Assembly (NCBI RefSeq): GCF_964194155.1 | Contig: NC_135891.1 | Location: 78,120,001 to 78,184,000, forward strand | Direction: 5' to 3' | Length of the DNA: 64,000 nt | DNA from: Cetorhinus maximus | Lineage: Eukaryota | In this document: positions 51,601-63,654 of the stretch, piece by piece | How positions within the stretch are numbered: the stretch's first letter is position 1 | Layout of the letters: each line of letters opens with the position of its first letter | Program-made: the position numbers and the translations under genes | The notes under the pieces: generated by a model | The model's database searches: none | The model's input: the letters and a program-made list of their open reading frames with translations, nothing else | What the model was told of the DNA's origin: nothing

Positions 51601-53241
51601 GGAAAAATTTCATGAAAGAATGGGCTCAACTCGAGCCCTTGTTAACAACGCCCAAAACTGCCATTTACAGGTCCTATCAGTAGATCAAATACCCCCTTTC
51701 AGCTCTCTGACTGACTGAACCCTCCTGTTACAGGTGTCCCTATGAGGGTGATGACTATCAGACTCTCCTACACCCAGTGGATGTGTTTTCTGGCCTCACG
51801 TTCCTAACTCATCACAAGCAGTTTGAAGTGAAGACTTTTGTTTTCTTGGATGGAGAGTCTGAGCAGCCTCTCTCTGAACAGGTAACCAAATTGAATGAAG
51901 TCAACCAATTACTCCCTTATTGGCTACTGGCTTGTTTTGACTAACAGCCTGGTTCATCTATCTAGACAAAGCTCACTCTAAATTAACTCCTTGCCTTCTA
52001 GGTTTACCTGCATTGCAGTGCTGATGTTTGCTCTCCTACTCAGGATGACTGTACACCCAAATATGGCCCAAGTGAGTTCCTTTATTGTAATCCTGATTTC
52101 AGTAAGAGATTAACTTAGCATCCTTAAAGCAAAACTCCCCTTTTGAAGGGACCAGTGTCCTGTGACTAGGGGTATCTTTGATCCCTCCCAGTGTGAACAG
52201 ATCCTCCAATGGGAAGAGCCTTTCTATAAATGGGTGCTCCAGCTCTTTAGAATCTCTGGAGCCTGACTGTATCCCTCTTGATGCCCATTTGTTGCAAACA
52301 TAGGCCTGGTCAGCCACCAGCACAGGTGCCGCTAACCTCAAGATCCTAGTTGGAGATCCAGCAATCTAGTGATGAATATTGTTCCACTGCATGCTAAAGG
52401 ATGTATAGTGTTCTTAGTGGATTCCCAGCATGGAGCTGTGGTGTCATCAATACATAAGCAATCACAACTTTGAATTAAATGCTTTAGAACAAAGACCAGA
52501 ATAGAACTTTGATATTTCAGCTTCTATGTTCAATCAACAAACCTTTAACAGCAATCCAGAGTCTTCAGGGCAAGTTTGTTCATCAGTTATTCCTCAGCAT
52601 TACACCCCTTGATGCTTAACTATAGTTTCTAATAGCAATGATGGTAGGAAAGTTCTCACCAGATTGAGTTCGTTGCTCATTCAGTGCAGTGTGATAGAAC
52701 AGTGAATGGTGCGATTTCTTCTTTCATCTGCAGTTGTGCTTACCCCTCAGAGCACTTGTTGTCAAACTCTGCAAATTGCAAGTCTTGAGTCGAAGTAGAC
52801 AATTTTTGCATCCTTGCTTAGATAGTCAAGAATCACATGCTGCTTGTTAGTTCTCCCTCTTGGGAGATTGGTATCTGAATTGGGTCAGAACTGTACTAAC
52901 TTCTCTCTTTCCAATAGAGAGACGCAGGAGTACCAATGATCATAAGGGAATATTAGTGAGTGCTCCTGATCCTATCATTTTCCTGGAAGACCATCATCTT
53001 TCTTCAGAACTGCATGAAGCAAATGGTAAGTAGAGCCTTTTCACTAGGTCATCTGTGAACTCTCTCAGATATAATGTCTTCTAATCTCCCAATAGGTGCT
53101 GCTGAGTCTCCTTCTTGGGTTCTACAAGGAGCAGCTGTTGGCTTCATGATGGTGTCTCTGTCCCTGCTGGTGGTGATGGCTGCCGTGTATATGAAAAGAC
53201 CAAAAGCTGTTGCTTCTCAATGTAGTGAAATTGAACTGTAG
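45637..53241 (+). pseudogene. ZP1/ZP4-like gene copy 4, disabled
   Basis: Exons 45637-45850 (12-nt deletion), 50077-50254 (-1 frameshift, TAG 50103-50105), 50327-50424, 50506-50639, 50725-50913 (TAG 50760-50762 plus a 1-nt deletion), 51734-51881, 52002-52071 (3-nt deletion, last ZP Cys>Tyr), 52918-53025 and 53096-53241. Confidence 0.9.
47890..49524 (-). mobile_element. 5'-truncated CR1-type LINE (RT region) nested in copy 4 intron 1
   Basis: SQHGF..RSCLTNLIEFFE, VDVVYMNFNKAFDKVPH, SGVPQESVLGPLLF.IYINDI, ISKFADDTK. It splits the empty-site sequence aaagatatt|gtgtggattt seen in the other copies. Confidence 0.9.
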
Positions 53242-56200
53242 ATCCTGAATGAAAATAAACCAAAGACAAATGTGCCTTGAGGTGTTTGTGATTTGATTGA
53301 AATGTGGAGTAGCAAGGGTCAACTAAACAAGTCGTGTTGAATGGAATCTCCCTAATGGGAAGGACATGGTGGAAACTGAAGCTAAACTGTCAGAAATAAC
53401 AGCTAATCTAACCTACAGCGTTTAGTTTTTAGCTGGATAAAAGTACTTGAAATTGTTAAGCATCATGTCAGTTCTTCAAAGCCTGAATATGCACAAGTAA
53501 TATGTTTTGGGCTTATGTTTTTTTTGCAGATTAGGCCTGAGTTTTAGGCCCAAGGGCAGAATTCATATGTCTTTTCTCCAAGTGTAGCACCCAGTAGAAT
53601 CATTTAGACATGTTGCAGCATCTAGTGCTTGAGGAATGCTCTCTACAGGAGTGAGTCGACTTTCAGGGATGAAGAATAGCTAATTATGTAAATTACACAA
53701 CTCTGCCCCTACATCTGATCTCTTACTAGAAAACACCATCTTTTCAGTGTTTAATTTGAGTTGCTTTTACTTAATTGATCAAGGCTGTGTAGGGATGATC
53801 AGTGTAGATGGTCTAGTGCATGTGAGTTTGTGGACAGTATTGTTAACCCAGGTAATCTGGATCTTAGAGCCTTCAGCTCAGTGGTTGAACCAACCTTGTG
53901 TAGAAACATTGCAGGGGATCAGGGGAGTTATCTCAATGCTTTGAGGGAGGCTGTAACACTGAATCCTACAGCACTGGCAGGCTGATGACCACCTCCTATA
54001 CCAGCTATTTGAACAAGCTAAGGCAATTTTTACCACTTCTCCACGTAGTGAAGAATATCTTTAACCTCAAAAACCACTAACATGTTTAGCTTTGTTTACA
54101 ATCTGAAAACCCAGGTATTTACTAAAAGAATGAAGTTGCAAGGTTCATAGTTTAAAGCACATTTTATCACAAATCAAAGAACCTGAACACTTAGCTATTT
54201 AAGTAGCCTAATTTTGTTTAAGATACAATGAACAGTCACTTGTACTATTGTCTTAACACCTGCTACACCAGTTTGACTTACCCCCAGCAACTAGGGTCAA
54301 TACTTATCAGAAACTGGAAAGTTAACCATTTGGTCTGAGTACCATTTTAAAAGGGGTGAGATTTTCCAGGCCCATCCTCTTTTGCAAGCTTGTCCCTTCA
54401 AATCTCCTATCACATGTTTGAGGACTCATTGGGTACATACAGCATAAGTGTAACCACCGTGGATCTGAACTCTCCTAGTTCAATTTTTGCTCTCTCTCGC
54501 TCTCACACTCCCTCACACACCCCACTCCCTCACACACCCACTTCAGTTAACAGTTTTAATCTGTTAGCCATCACAAGATTTCCACTGAATGCTGTTGGGA
54601 AGATATTTCCTGTACCAAACTTGTTTCTAAAAACCCTGTTTGAAACAACCACATCTAGGAGCCTACTTATTCCTATAGTTGTGTTCACACTTTCTATTGT
54701 TTATCCCCCAGGTGACCTGGTCACAATCATTTGCTGGAAGCAATGTCCTTTACCAGAGTCCCTTTCTGACAACCCAATTCGAAAAGGATCACGGCTCAAA
54801 AGTAAAATAATTTTTCTTCTGCAAACAAATACACATGGGCCATCACAGGCAGGAAGGTATGAGTGAAAGCCAGGCAGGCACAGGGACCTCTGATGTAACA
54901 CTGCAGGTGCTTTGTTGCCCAATCAACAGGTGCAAAATTCTTGCTGTGTGCATGTATTTAAAAACAACATGGTAATAGAAAAGCTGTCTGTGGCACAGGA
55001 AGCCATTCAAATGGAAGTGTTAAATATAACAGATGATATAGTCAAATGACAGATACAAGCACAACAAGCTGCATTGCCTGCTTCTTACCAGGATGCATTC
55101 TGTGGGGAAACAGGTTTTACCTCACCAATGGAAACATCTGGGGAAAGGGAGAGTTGTTCTGTTGAACAAGCTCCACACAAAGCACGTTGAGACCAGTATC
55201 CTGGTGAATTGAACAGTTATGGTGGTGGGGAGGGAGCAGATGAAGTTCTAGTCTTCCCACCAAAGAGGAAACATCCTCCCAGTATCCATCCAATCAATCC
55301 CCTCAGGATCTTCTACGTTTCAATAAGGTCACCTCTCATTCTTCTAAACTCCAATGAATAGAGGCCCAACCTGTTCAACCTTTCTTCATAAGATAAGCTC
55401 TTCACCCCAGCAATGAATTGAGTGAACTTTTTCTGAATTGCTTCGAATGCAATTATATGTTTTTTCAAATAAGGAGACCAAAACTGTTCACACTATTCCA
55501 GATCTGGTGTCATCAAGGACCTGTACAGCTGCAGTAAAACTTTGCTACTTTTATAGTCCATTCTTCTTGCAATGAACCACAGAATCGTTATAATGCAGCA
55601 TGAGGCCATTTGGCCCATTCTATTTGTACCAGCCTCTCGACACAGGGCCACCTGTCATTTCTTTCCATGTTGTGCTTTCACAGAGTGCTGACCCTTGCTC
55701 TGCTATTAACACATTCTGCTCTCTTATCTTTATGCCACTATCAGCACCTTCTTTACTCTTCACCACGACCATTAACACTCCCTTTGCCTTGTGTCCATGA
55801 CATCTTTGTCAATCTCTTCTTAGCTGTCACCTATCCCTGACCTGCTATCTCATTCCACTTGCTCCACCCCCTCTTTAATCGTATAAAATCCATCGTATTT
55901 CAACTTCTTTTTAGCCTGAAGAAGGGTCATTAGGACTCAAAACATTAACTCTGTTTCTCTCTCCACAGATGCTGCCAGACCTACTGAGGTTTTCCAGCAT
56001 TTTCTGTTTTTGTTTCAGATTTCCAGCACCACAGTATTTTGCTTTTATCTTATTGAGATGCAGTGTCTTTCTACTCCAATTGGAAATCATAAAGACTCAT
56101 TGTCCAATTGAATGAGGTTTGACTCTCAGCCTTTTACCCCCCAGTTTCAATATTTTTAATATCTGGTATAGAGAAATGTTGAAAGAAAATTTAAAAAGAA

Positions 56201-59200
56201 CTGTCCCTTTTATGATTTGTCTCCAGGTTTGTACAGCAGTGTCTTGGAGATTGATCTTCAATTTGTGGAGACTCCAGGCCAATCCTGGAGGGTTGGCAAC
56301 ACTACCCTAGAGTAGCGCACTATAGGGAGATGGTGGTGCCATTATACATCTGTCTATATTTTGCTTTCATATCCCGCAGGGATACTCCAAGTATAACTTT
56401 CTATACTGGAACAGACTTGAGTGTCCGGGGGTCAGTTGCTAAAGTTTCATTTGGAGCAGGAATCTAGCACTAACCCTGGGGAACCAATGGAGACGGGCTG
56501 ACGGCTCGGGCTTATTAAACATGCTGAATACCTTCCCGGGTAACCCGTGGGACAGGGAACCGCCCCAATGGGATTGGCCCCCAGTTCCCGGCCATAAAAC
56601 GGGCTGGTGTGCGGGGATGTGATTATCCTGATTCAGTAACCGAGATGGGACGTTGGGTGTTTTGTTGGTCTCTCTGCTTCTTAGCCGGGTCTTTACTCCC
56701 AGCCCAGCCGCTACTTCTCGGGGATGATGTTTGTGTCCCAGAGCCAGGCTGGAGATTTGAGTGCGGACACCCCGGGATCAGCAGCAGTGAGTGTACCAGT
56801 CAGGGTTGCTGCTTTGACCCGCAGAGCCCCAATGACCATCCCTGTTTCTACAGCCTGAGAAACAGCCCAGGTAACAAATCCCCTCGCGGTTCTAGGGGAG
56901 GGAGGAGAAAATCTAACTTGTAGATCAGGAGCTGATCCAGGGATTTGTTGCTGTCTCATTGTGTAATGGAGACAGGTAGGAATGGAGGTGGTTCTCAGCT
57001 AGAGTTCTGACTGAAGCAGCTGACTAGGTTGGGCGGATTGTGATTTCCATAATTAAACCGATTGTTGCGGGGGGACTTTTTTTTTACTGGTAAAACGAAT
57101 CTTGGGCATGAGAAAATGGTCAGTTTAGTAATGTTTGCAGAAGTCCTACAATGAGTGAGTGACCCTGTACGAATGCTGAAATATTTATCTCTTTAGTGAA
57201 ATCCTATATGGACATTTTCATCCATGATGACAGTAAATAGCAAACCTGTGAATTTTTTTCCATCCAATTTTTTTATGTAGGTCACATTTACTCAGTCATG
57301 CTGCTTGGAATAGTCTATAGATTTCCAAATAGTGAGCTGTGGAAGAGCAAATCTGAAAAGCAATCACAGGTGTGCAATGATGGTGACTTTGGGGAAATAT
57401 AAACACCGAACAATATATGGAAAATTTAATGAAGGGGTGGGATTTCTGAACTGTGTTCAGGAGAACTTCTGTGATCAGTGTTCCTCTCCCAAATGGAGGA
57501 GAGATGTTGCTAGATCTGGGGCTGGAAAAAGAGGTGGGCCAATTGGGTAGTGTCTCTGGGGGGCATCTGGGTAAGAATGATCATTGCATCACAGGGTTTA
57601 GATGAATAATGACAAATGAGGAACAATCTAATACACAACCTGAAAATTGGAATAAAGTGAACTTCAATTCAGTGAGGGAGGATGGGGCTAGAGACTGACA
57701 GGAAAATTTAACAGAACAATTGGTGATCTTTAAGGAAGAGATGCTTCTGGTACAGTTTCGGAACATTCCAAAAAGCAGTTAAAGGTAAGGGAGCTGAAAG
57801 CAGCTGCTTGGGTGTATGATGCATGTTGGGTGACTTTTCCTTTTTTTTAAAATTATATAAAAATAAACAGGTCAAATACAATAGGTTGAGAGTTGAAGAG
57901 GAGAATGAGACTAGAAGAGGCATTGAGAATAGAATGGCAGTCAACGGAAAAGGCGCTCTAATCTTCTACCAGCAGTTGAATAGTAAGAGGGTAGTGCCTC
58001 TATGTTTAAGAGGTGCAGAGCAAAGCTAGAATACTTGAACACCAATACAAAGTATTTACTACTAAGGAAGAGGAATCGCTTTGCCTCCACTTCTGCCAAT
58101 ATTCAATGGGTAGTATGGAAATTGAAAGGGAGGAGGTAACTGTAAAGATTGGCTATGCTTGGGATGTTAAGTCACCTAGTCTTGCATACCAGGTTGTTAA
58201 AGGGAATGGAGGTGGAGACAGATTATGGTAAACCCTTTCACTTTTGATTTCCCCTAAATCTGAGGTGATGTTGGAGGATTGGAATGTGATGCCCTTATTC
58301 TGTAAGTCTGTGTCACTACATGACAGTTAAAATAACAGTTGTATTTAATTTTTTGCCTGATTATAGATTCCAAAACCTTAACAGATGCTTGGTGAGGCTA
58401 GAAATTAAGGAGAAATGGCCTTTTTGGTGTAACAAGGCAGATTGTGTTTGAGGGAGTGTAGTGAATGCTAACGATAGATTTTAAGAAAACATTTGACAAA
58501 AGGCTGGTTATAGGATCTTCCTGGAAGAAGGTGGCAGCTGGAATTGGAAGTGAAGTGGTGCATTTTGGCAGAAAGAATAGGGAGATTCAATTCTGAAGTG
58601 TGTGGGGACTTGGGGAAGGGGGTGTGTGTGAATCTATTGTTGAGGATGACAGGGTGTAGAGTAATGTGTGAAGTACATGGGTTTTGGGATTTTGAGCCCA
58701 AAAGCAGGTAAGTTGTGATGAATCTTCACAAGTTCAGGTTAGGTCACGACTAGTCCAGTTTTAGGCAGCATGTGAAGGTTCTTAAGGGTGCAGAGGTGAC
58801 TTAACTAAGATTCCGGGGTTGGTGTTGGAAAAGCTGGGCTCCTTAGAGCAAAAGATATTGTTGTGTGGATTTCAGGTGTACAAGATTATGATGGGCCCAG
58901 ATAAGGTAGACCAGAGAACTGGTCCCATTAACTGATCCTAAGGACTAGGGGCATAGATGTAGGATCTTGGTCAAGGGAATGTGAGGAAGTGTTTATTTTT
59001 GCTGCAAGTGGTAGTGCCCTGGAACCCTGCCTGCAGGGGTGGTGGAAGCAGCAAATAGTGTTTTTTTTTAGAAGAAATTTGGATGGGCACTAGGGGATCA
59101 AGCTGGGGAGTGGGACTAACTGCACCATGGGAAGCTGGCATGGATTTGATGAGCTGAATGGTCTCCTGTGCTGTAAGTGACTCATGACCTTGTGACTCTT

Positions 59201-61023
59201 CAGTTGAAATGAAGTTAGCTTGTACAACTGGTAATGTCTCATATTGAGGTCTATGGTACTTCAAGGCACTGCAGATTGGTTCAGCTGAGTCACTGCATTA
59301 AGATGGAAAGTTTGAGAACACTAATGACTCCTCTGCAGGCTTCACAATTTTATTAAATTTTCTACTCTAATGTCAATCACAATGGAAAATTGGTTCCCTT
59401 GCAGGGGTGGAGGAGAGCTGTTTTCAGTGAAACTTTGCCTTTTCTTCACTGCCCACCAGCTCTTGCTTGGGGAGGGGTGTTTGTTTATCCAACATTGGAG
59501 CAGAGCTGTGCTAGCTGCCAATATCTGGATTTCTTGTTTACCAAATATCCTTGCTCACTCCTCCAATTAAAGCAATTGGTTAAGTTGAAAGAGGACTAGA
59601 CGAGCTATTTGTGGCTGTGACTGAATCCCCCAGTGATCTGAGGCCCCTAACCACCAATAGGAGCAGTGGAAATGAATTTTCATTCCTTTTTGCAGTGTGC
59701 ACAGCAGATGGTCAGTTCATCATAGTGATCTCCAAGAATCTGACCCGTCCTGCCCTCAACCTGTCGTCTCTGTATGTGAAAGATGGACAAGAAGCTGAGT
59801 GCAGGCCTAAACTAACCACTGGGCAACTTGTGGCCTTCCGCTTTCCAATCACCTCTTGTGGCTCAAGCAAGTGGGTGAGTATTGAAGGGCCAAGCATTCT
59901 CCCAGTAAATGAGGCAGCTTCCTATTAAACAGTGTCCTCATTACAGGAGGGAAATGGAACCTTGGTGTATGAAACGGCTGTCTTGGGGAAGAGGATGATT
60001 CGGACTGGGAAGCTAGGCTTAATAACCCGGGACAGCACCTTCCGGTAGGAGGGGGGGGTGGGAGTGGTGGTAATTCATGAAGCTCAACTACTATTGTTTC
60101 TGTGCAGCCTGACTGTCCAGTGCAAGTACAAGGGGAGGCAGGAAACAGGCTTGCAGGTCAATGTCACAGATTACGCTGTTTCTCCTCCACCTCCTGCTTC
60201 TGAAGATGGGATTTTGAAACTGGAACTGCGAATAGCAAAAGGTAGAGCTGCCCTGGGTAATGGTGAATGGAAGCACTGGGAATGTAACTACACAAGGAGT
60301 GACTGGTCCTTGTGTCTGCCTTTACAGGTGGTGATTACAGATACTAGTATGTAGATAGTGACTACCACATTCAGCATGTTGTTCAGGACCCAGTGTTTGT
60401 GGAGGTTCATGACCTGGATCGCACGGACCCAACGATTGTCCTGAGTTTGCGTGACTGTTGGGCAACTCCTGTCCCAGCCCAAAACCATGAGGTGCAATGG
60501 AGTCTACTGGTGGATGGGTAAGGAGTATGAATGGAAAGACTAATGTTGGAAGTTCATAGTAATAATGGACAAGGATCAACCTTGTCCTAAATCTGAGCAA
60601 TATGGTAAGACTGCTCTCTACCCTAATCACCTGGGAAAGTCAAAACTGAGGGCCTAGGTCAACTGAATCCAGTCCAGGAGGCCAAATGAGCCACACTTGG
60701 CCAAATGGTAAAGCAACTTGTCTTCTAACTGATGGAATCTTCCCCCATCTGGAACCAGTGTCATGTTTTGATTTGGAGAGCCAGCACCCATTGCACCAGC
60801 CAGTGGTGTATTCCAGAATCTCTACTCCTTGGCAAGATGGGAGAAGCATGATGTCCATTCTGCTTCCATATGTCCTCTTGTAATCAGACATCCTACAGCC
60901 CTTTATTGACACGAGGCTACACTTCTGGAATGAATAGTCACTGATCAATGAGTGTAGCTAAGGTTCTTTAAATTGGGTATCGTACAGAGCTCTTGACAAG
61001 GTTGTACCCCTGAAAGTGGTTCT

Positions 61024-61847
61024 GGCCAGTGCCCCGCAACCTGAGCTGCCTCACGGGAATGCCCTCCGTGTCCTTTAGCACGGCAAGGAGGGGTTTCCTG
61101 TACGGGCTGCTGCTGCACATCCTTCACTTCCTTACCCTCACCTGCCGCCTGGACATGTCCTGGCGTGCCTTGTTGCCATGAGGCGGCAGTGGTCCCCGTT
61201 GGGGGGCCCTCTACGGAGGTGTCCTCCCACTTTCCATCAGGGTCCTGGGGTGGAGGGTGTTGCACGCAGCAGTCCATTACAACCGGAGAATGTGTCGGTT
61301 CACGGACTCCCGCGAGATCTGCCCTTTTTGCGGCCTTGTGGAGTCCGTGGACCACGTTTATATGTAGGGTGTTGCAGGCTGCACTCCCTTTTCAGTTATT
61401 TAAAGAACATTTTACTGATGTTTTGTTTGCACTTCAGTCTCATGCTCCTGATCTATGGGCACCCGGTGCGGAGGGGGGCCAGAAGGGAGGAGGACCTCCT
61501 TGCGAACCTGCTCCTGGGCCTGGCCAAGTTAGCTATTAACAGGTCCAGGCAGTGGGCGATCAAGGGGGTCACCTGACCTGACTGTCTACCCCTTTTCTGC
61601 GGCTACGTTTGTGGCCGGGTGTCCCTGGAGAGAGCACGCGGTGTCTGCTGGCACTGTCAAGGCCTTCGTGCCCGGTGGGCACCGTGGGGACTGGGGTGTT
61701 TTATCAATCCCCTTAATCACGTTTTGATTTGATGTTTAAGTTTTCTTTAAATTGTGTCTTTGGTTTTACCAGTACCCTAATTTAGGGGCTGCGTTTATTT
61801 TGTCCTTCATTTTGTTATTTCAGTTTATTTGGTTGACTCCGAGAGTT
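61024..61847 (+). mobile_element. Tx1-clade LINE 3' fragment A in copy 5 intron 5
   Basis: ORF2 C-terminal motifs (LGWRVLHAA, CPFCGLVESVDHVYVGC, NLLLGLAKLAINRSRQ) and a T-rich 3' UTR. Flanked by aaagtggttct at 61013-61023 and 61849-61859. Confidence 0.8.
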
Positions 61848-61860
61848 AAAAGTGGTTCTA

Positions 61861-61965
61861 ATGGTTGCGTGGTGGTGATATCAGTGGATCAGCGATCCAG
61901 AAAGACAGCCTAATGCCCTGGGGACAGGGGTTCAAATCCCACCATGGCAGTTAGTGGAATTTTTC
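61861..61965 (+). mobile_element. tRNA-derived SINE head fragment
   Basis: B-box GGTTCAAATCC at 61929-61939 followed by caccatggcag, with an A-box-like segment near 61868. No cloverleaf could be folded. Confidence 0.55.
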
Positions 61966-63654
61966 TCTGCCCTGCTGAGGAATCCTGGCCGGTGAACTGG
62001 CAGGAGCTGAAGATGAAAGTCACCACTCGCCTGCGGCACTGAACAGGACTGCTCCGAGTGCTGTCTTACTGGGGTTGAGTTCTGGCCATAAACCAGCTGA
62101 TTGCCGCCATGTTGTGGTACCAGCCGGTCACTTTGACCCCTCCCCCTGGACTATGTCACAAAAATCCAGAGAATGCTCATCGACTTCTTCTGGGACAAAA
62201 GGCTGCACTAGGTTGCTGCTGAGGTTGAGTCTCCTGCATGTGGAGGGTGGTCAGCTGCTGGTGTGCCTACGCACCCAGGTGGTGACCTTTCACCTTCAGG
62301 CCCTGCAGTGATACCTTTACATTGAGCGTCCTCCGAGATGGTGTGCCCTGGCGACGTATTTCTTCCGCCAGGTGCATGGCCTGAATTATGGCGTGCAGCT
62401 CCTGTTTATAGACCTGAGAGGCCTTCATGGCTCCTTGTAGGCATTGCCCGTCTTTTACCAGGACCTGATCAAAGTCTGGAACGTGGTCGCCTCACGACGC
62501 AGCTCTCTGCCATCGGGAGTAGTGGTTATCATCAGAGCCGCTGCTCGGGAATCTGCCCCTCCACCCTTTTCAGTGGCTGGTGGAGAGGAGGGCTGTGGTA
62601 CCAGGGTGACTAGGATCGGATGTGCTGGGTGGCAGAGGAGTGGGCTGGATGCTTCTGCAGGAGTTGGCGTGTCACATGTCCGTGGACGTCCAGCTTATGG
62701 CCAATGCCATTCAAGCCCTCAATACGGTCATGCTCAGCCCTGACATCATACTGGGCCTCGAGGTGGCGCAGGTGCATGGTGGTCTTCCATCTGAGCGTAC
62801 CCCTGTTCGGACGGAATTCCCCATTGGCCCCAAGCCTCGAACTCTCCTTCGGGAGCCGGTACCCTGCAACCTGAGCCGCCTCAAGGAAATGCCCTCCGCG
62901 TCCTTTAGTATGGCGTGGAGGGGTTTCCTGTGTGCTGCTGCACACCCTTCACTTCCTTGCCCTCGCCCGCCATCCAGACACGCCCTGGCGTGCCTTGTTG
63001 CTGTCCGGCGGTGGAGGTCCCCGTTGCGGGGGGCCCTCTACGGAGGTGTCCTCCCGCTTTCCATCGGGGACCTGGGGTGGAGGGTGTTGCATACAGCAGT
63101 CCCCTATAATCGTAGGATGTGTTGGTTCACGGATTGCCAAGATACTGCCCTTTTCGCGGTCTTGTGGAGTCGGTGGACCATGCTTACATAGGGTGTTGTA
63201 GGCTGCACTCCCTTTTCAGTTATTTAAAGAACCTTTTTATTAATGTTTTGTTTGCAGATCAGTCCCGCGCTCCTGATCAACGGGCACCACGCGCGGAGGG
63301 GGTACCGAGAGGGAGGAGGACCTCCTTGTGATCCTGCTCCTAGACAAGTGAGCCATTAACAGGTCCAGGCAGCGGGCGATCGAGAGGGCCATCCCACCTG
63401 ACTGCCCCTCTTCTGCAGCTACGTTCACAGCCGGGTGTCCCTGGAGAGGGAGCACGTGGTGTCTGCTGGCACCATCGAGGCCTTCCGTGCCCAGTGGGCA
63501 CTGGGGTGTTTTATCAACCCATTTAATCACATTTTGATTTCATCTTTTAAGTTTCCTTTAAAATTTGTCTTTGGTTTTACATTTCCCTAATTTAGGGTTT
63601 TTTTTTATTTTGTCCCTGATTTTGTTAATTAGTTTATTTGGTGGACTCAAAGTT
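61966..63654 (+). mobile_element. Tx1-clade LINE 3' fragment B (same family as A, longer) in copy 5 intron 5
   Basis: LAINQLIAAMLWY, LPVFYQDLIKVWN, LYGGVLPLSIGDLGWRVLH, CPFRGLVESVDHAYIGC. Its last ~800 bp are collinear with fragment A. Host intron resumes at ataattggttctagtac (63655). Confidence 0.8.

Noticed and set aside
54390-54866. 158-aa ORF in the copy 4-5 spacer as a standalone gene
   Set aside because: Non-ATG start, low-complexity middle, not open over the full length in the other spacers, and no recognisable domain. Only the exon-like core is kept as a low-interest finding.
61861-61965. tRNA gene
   Set aside because: Only a B-box is clear and no cloverleaf or acceptor stem could be formed. 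It is better explained as a SINE head.
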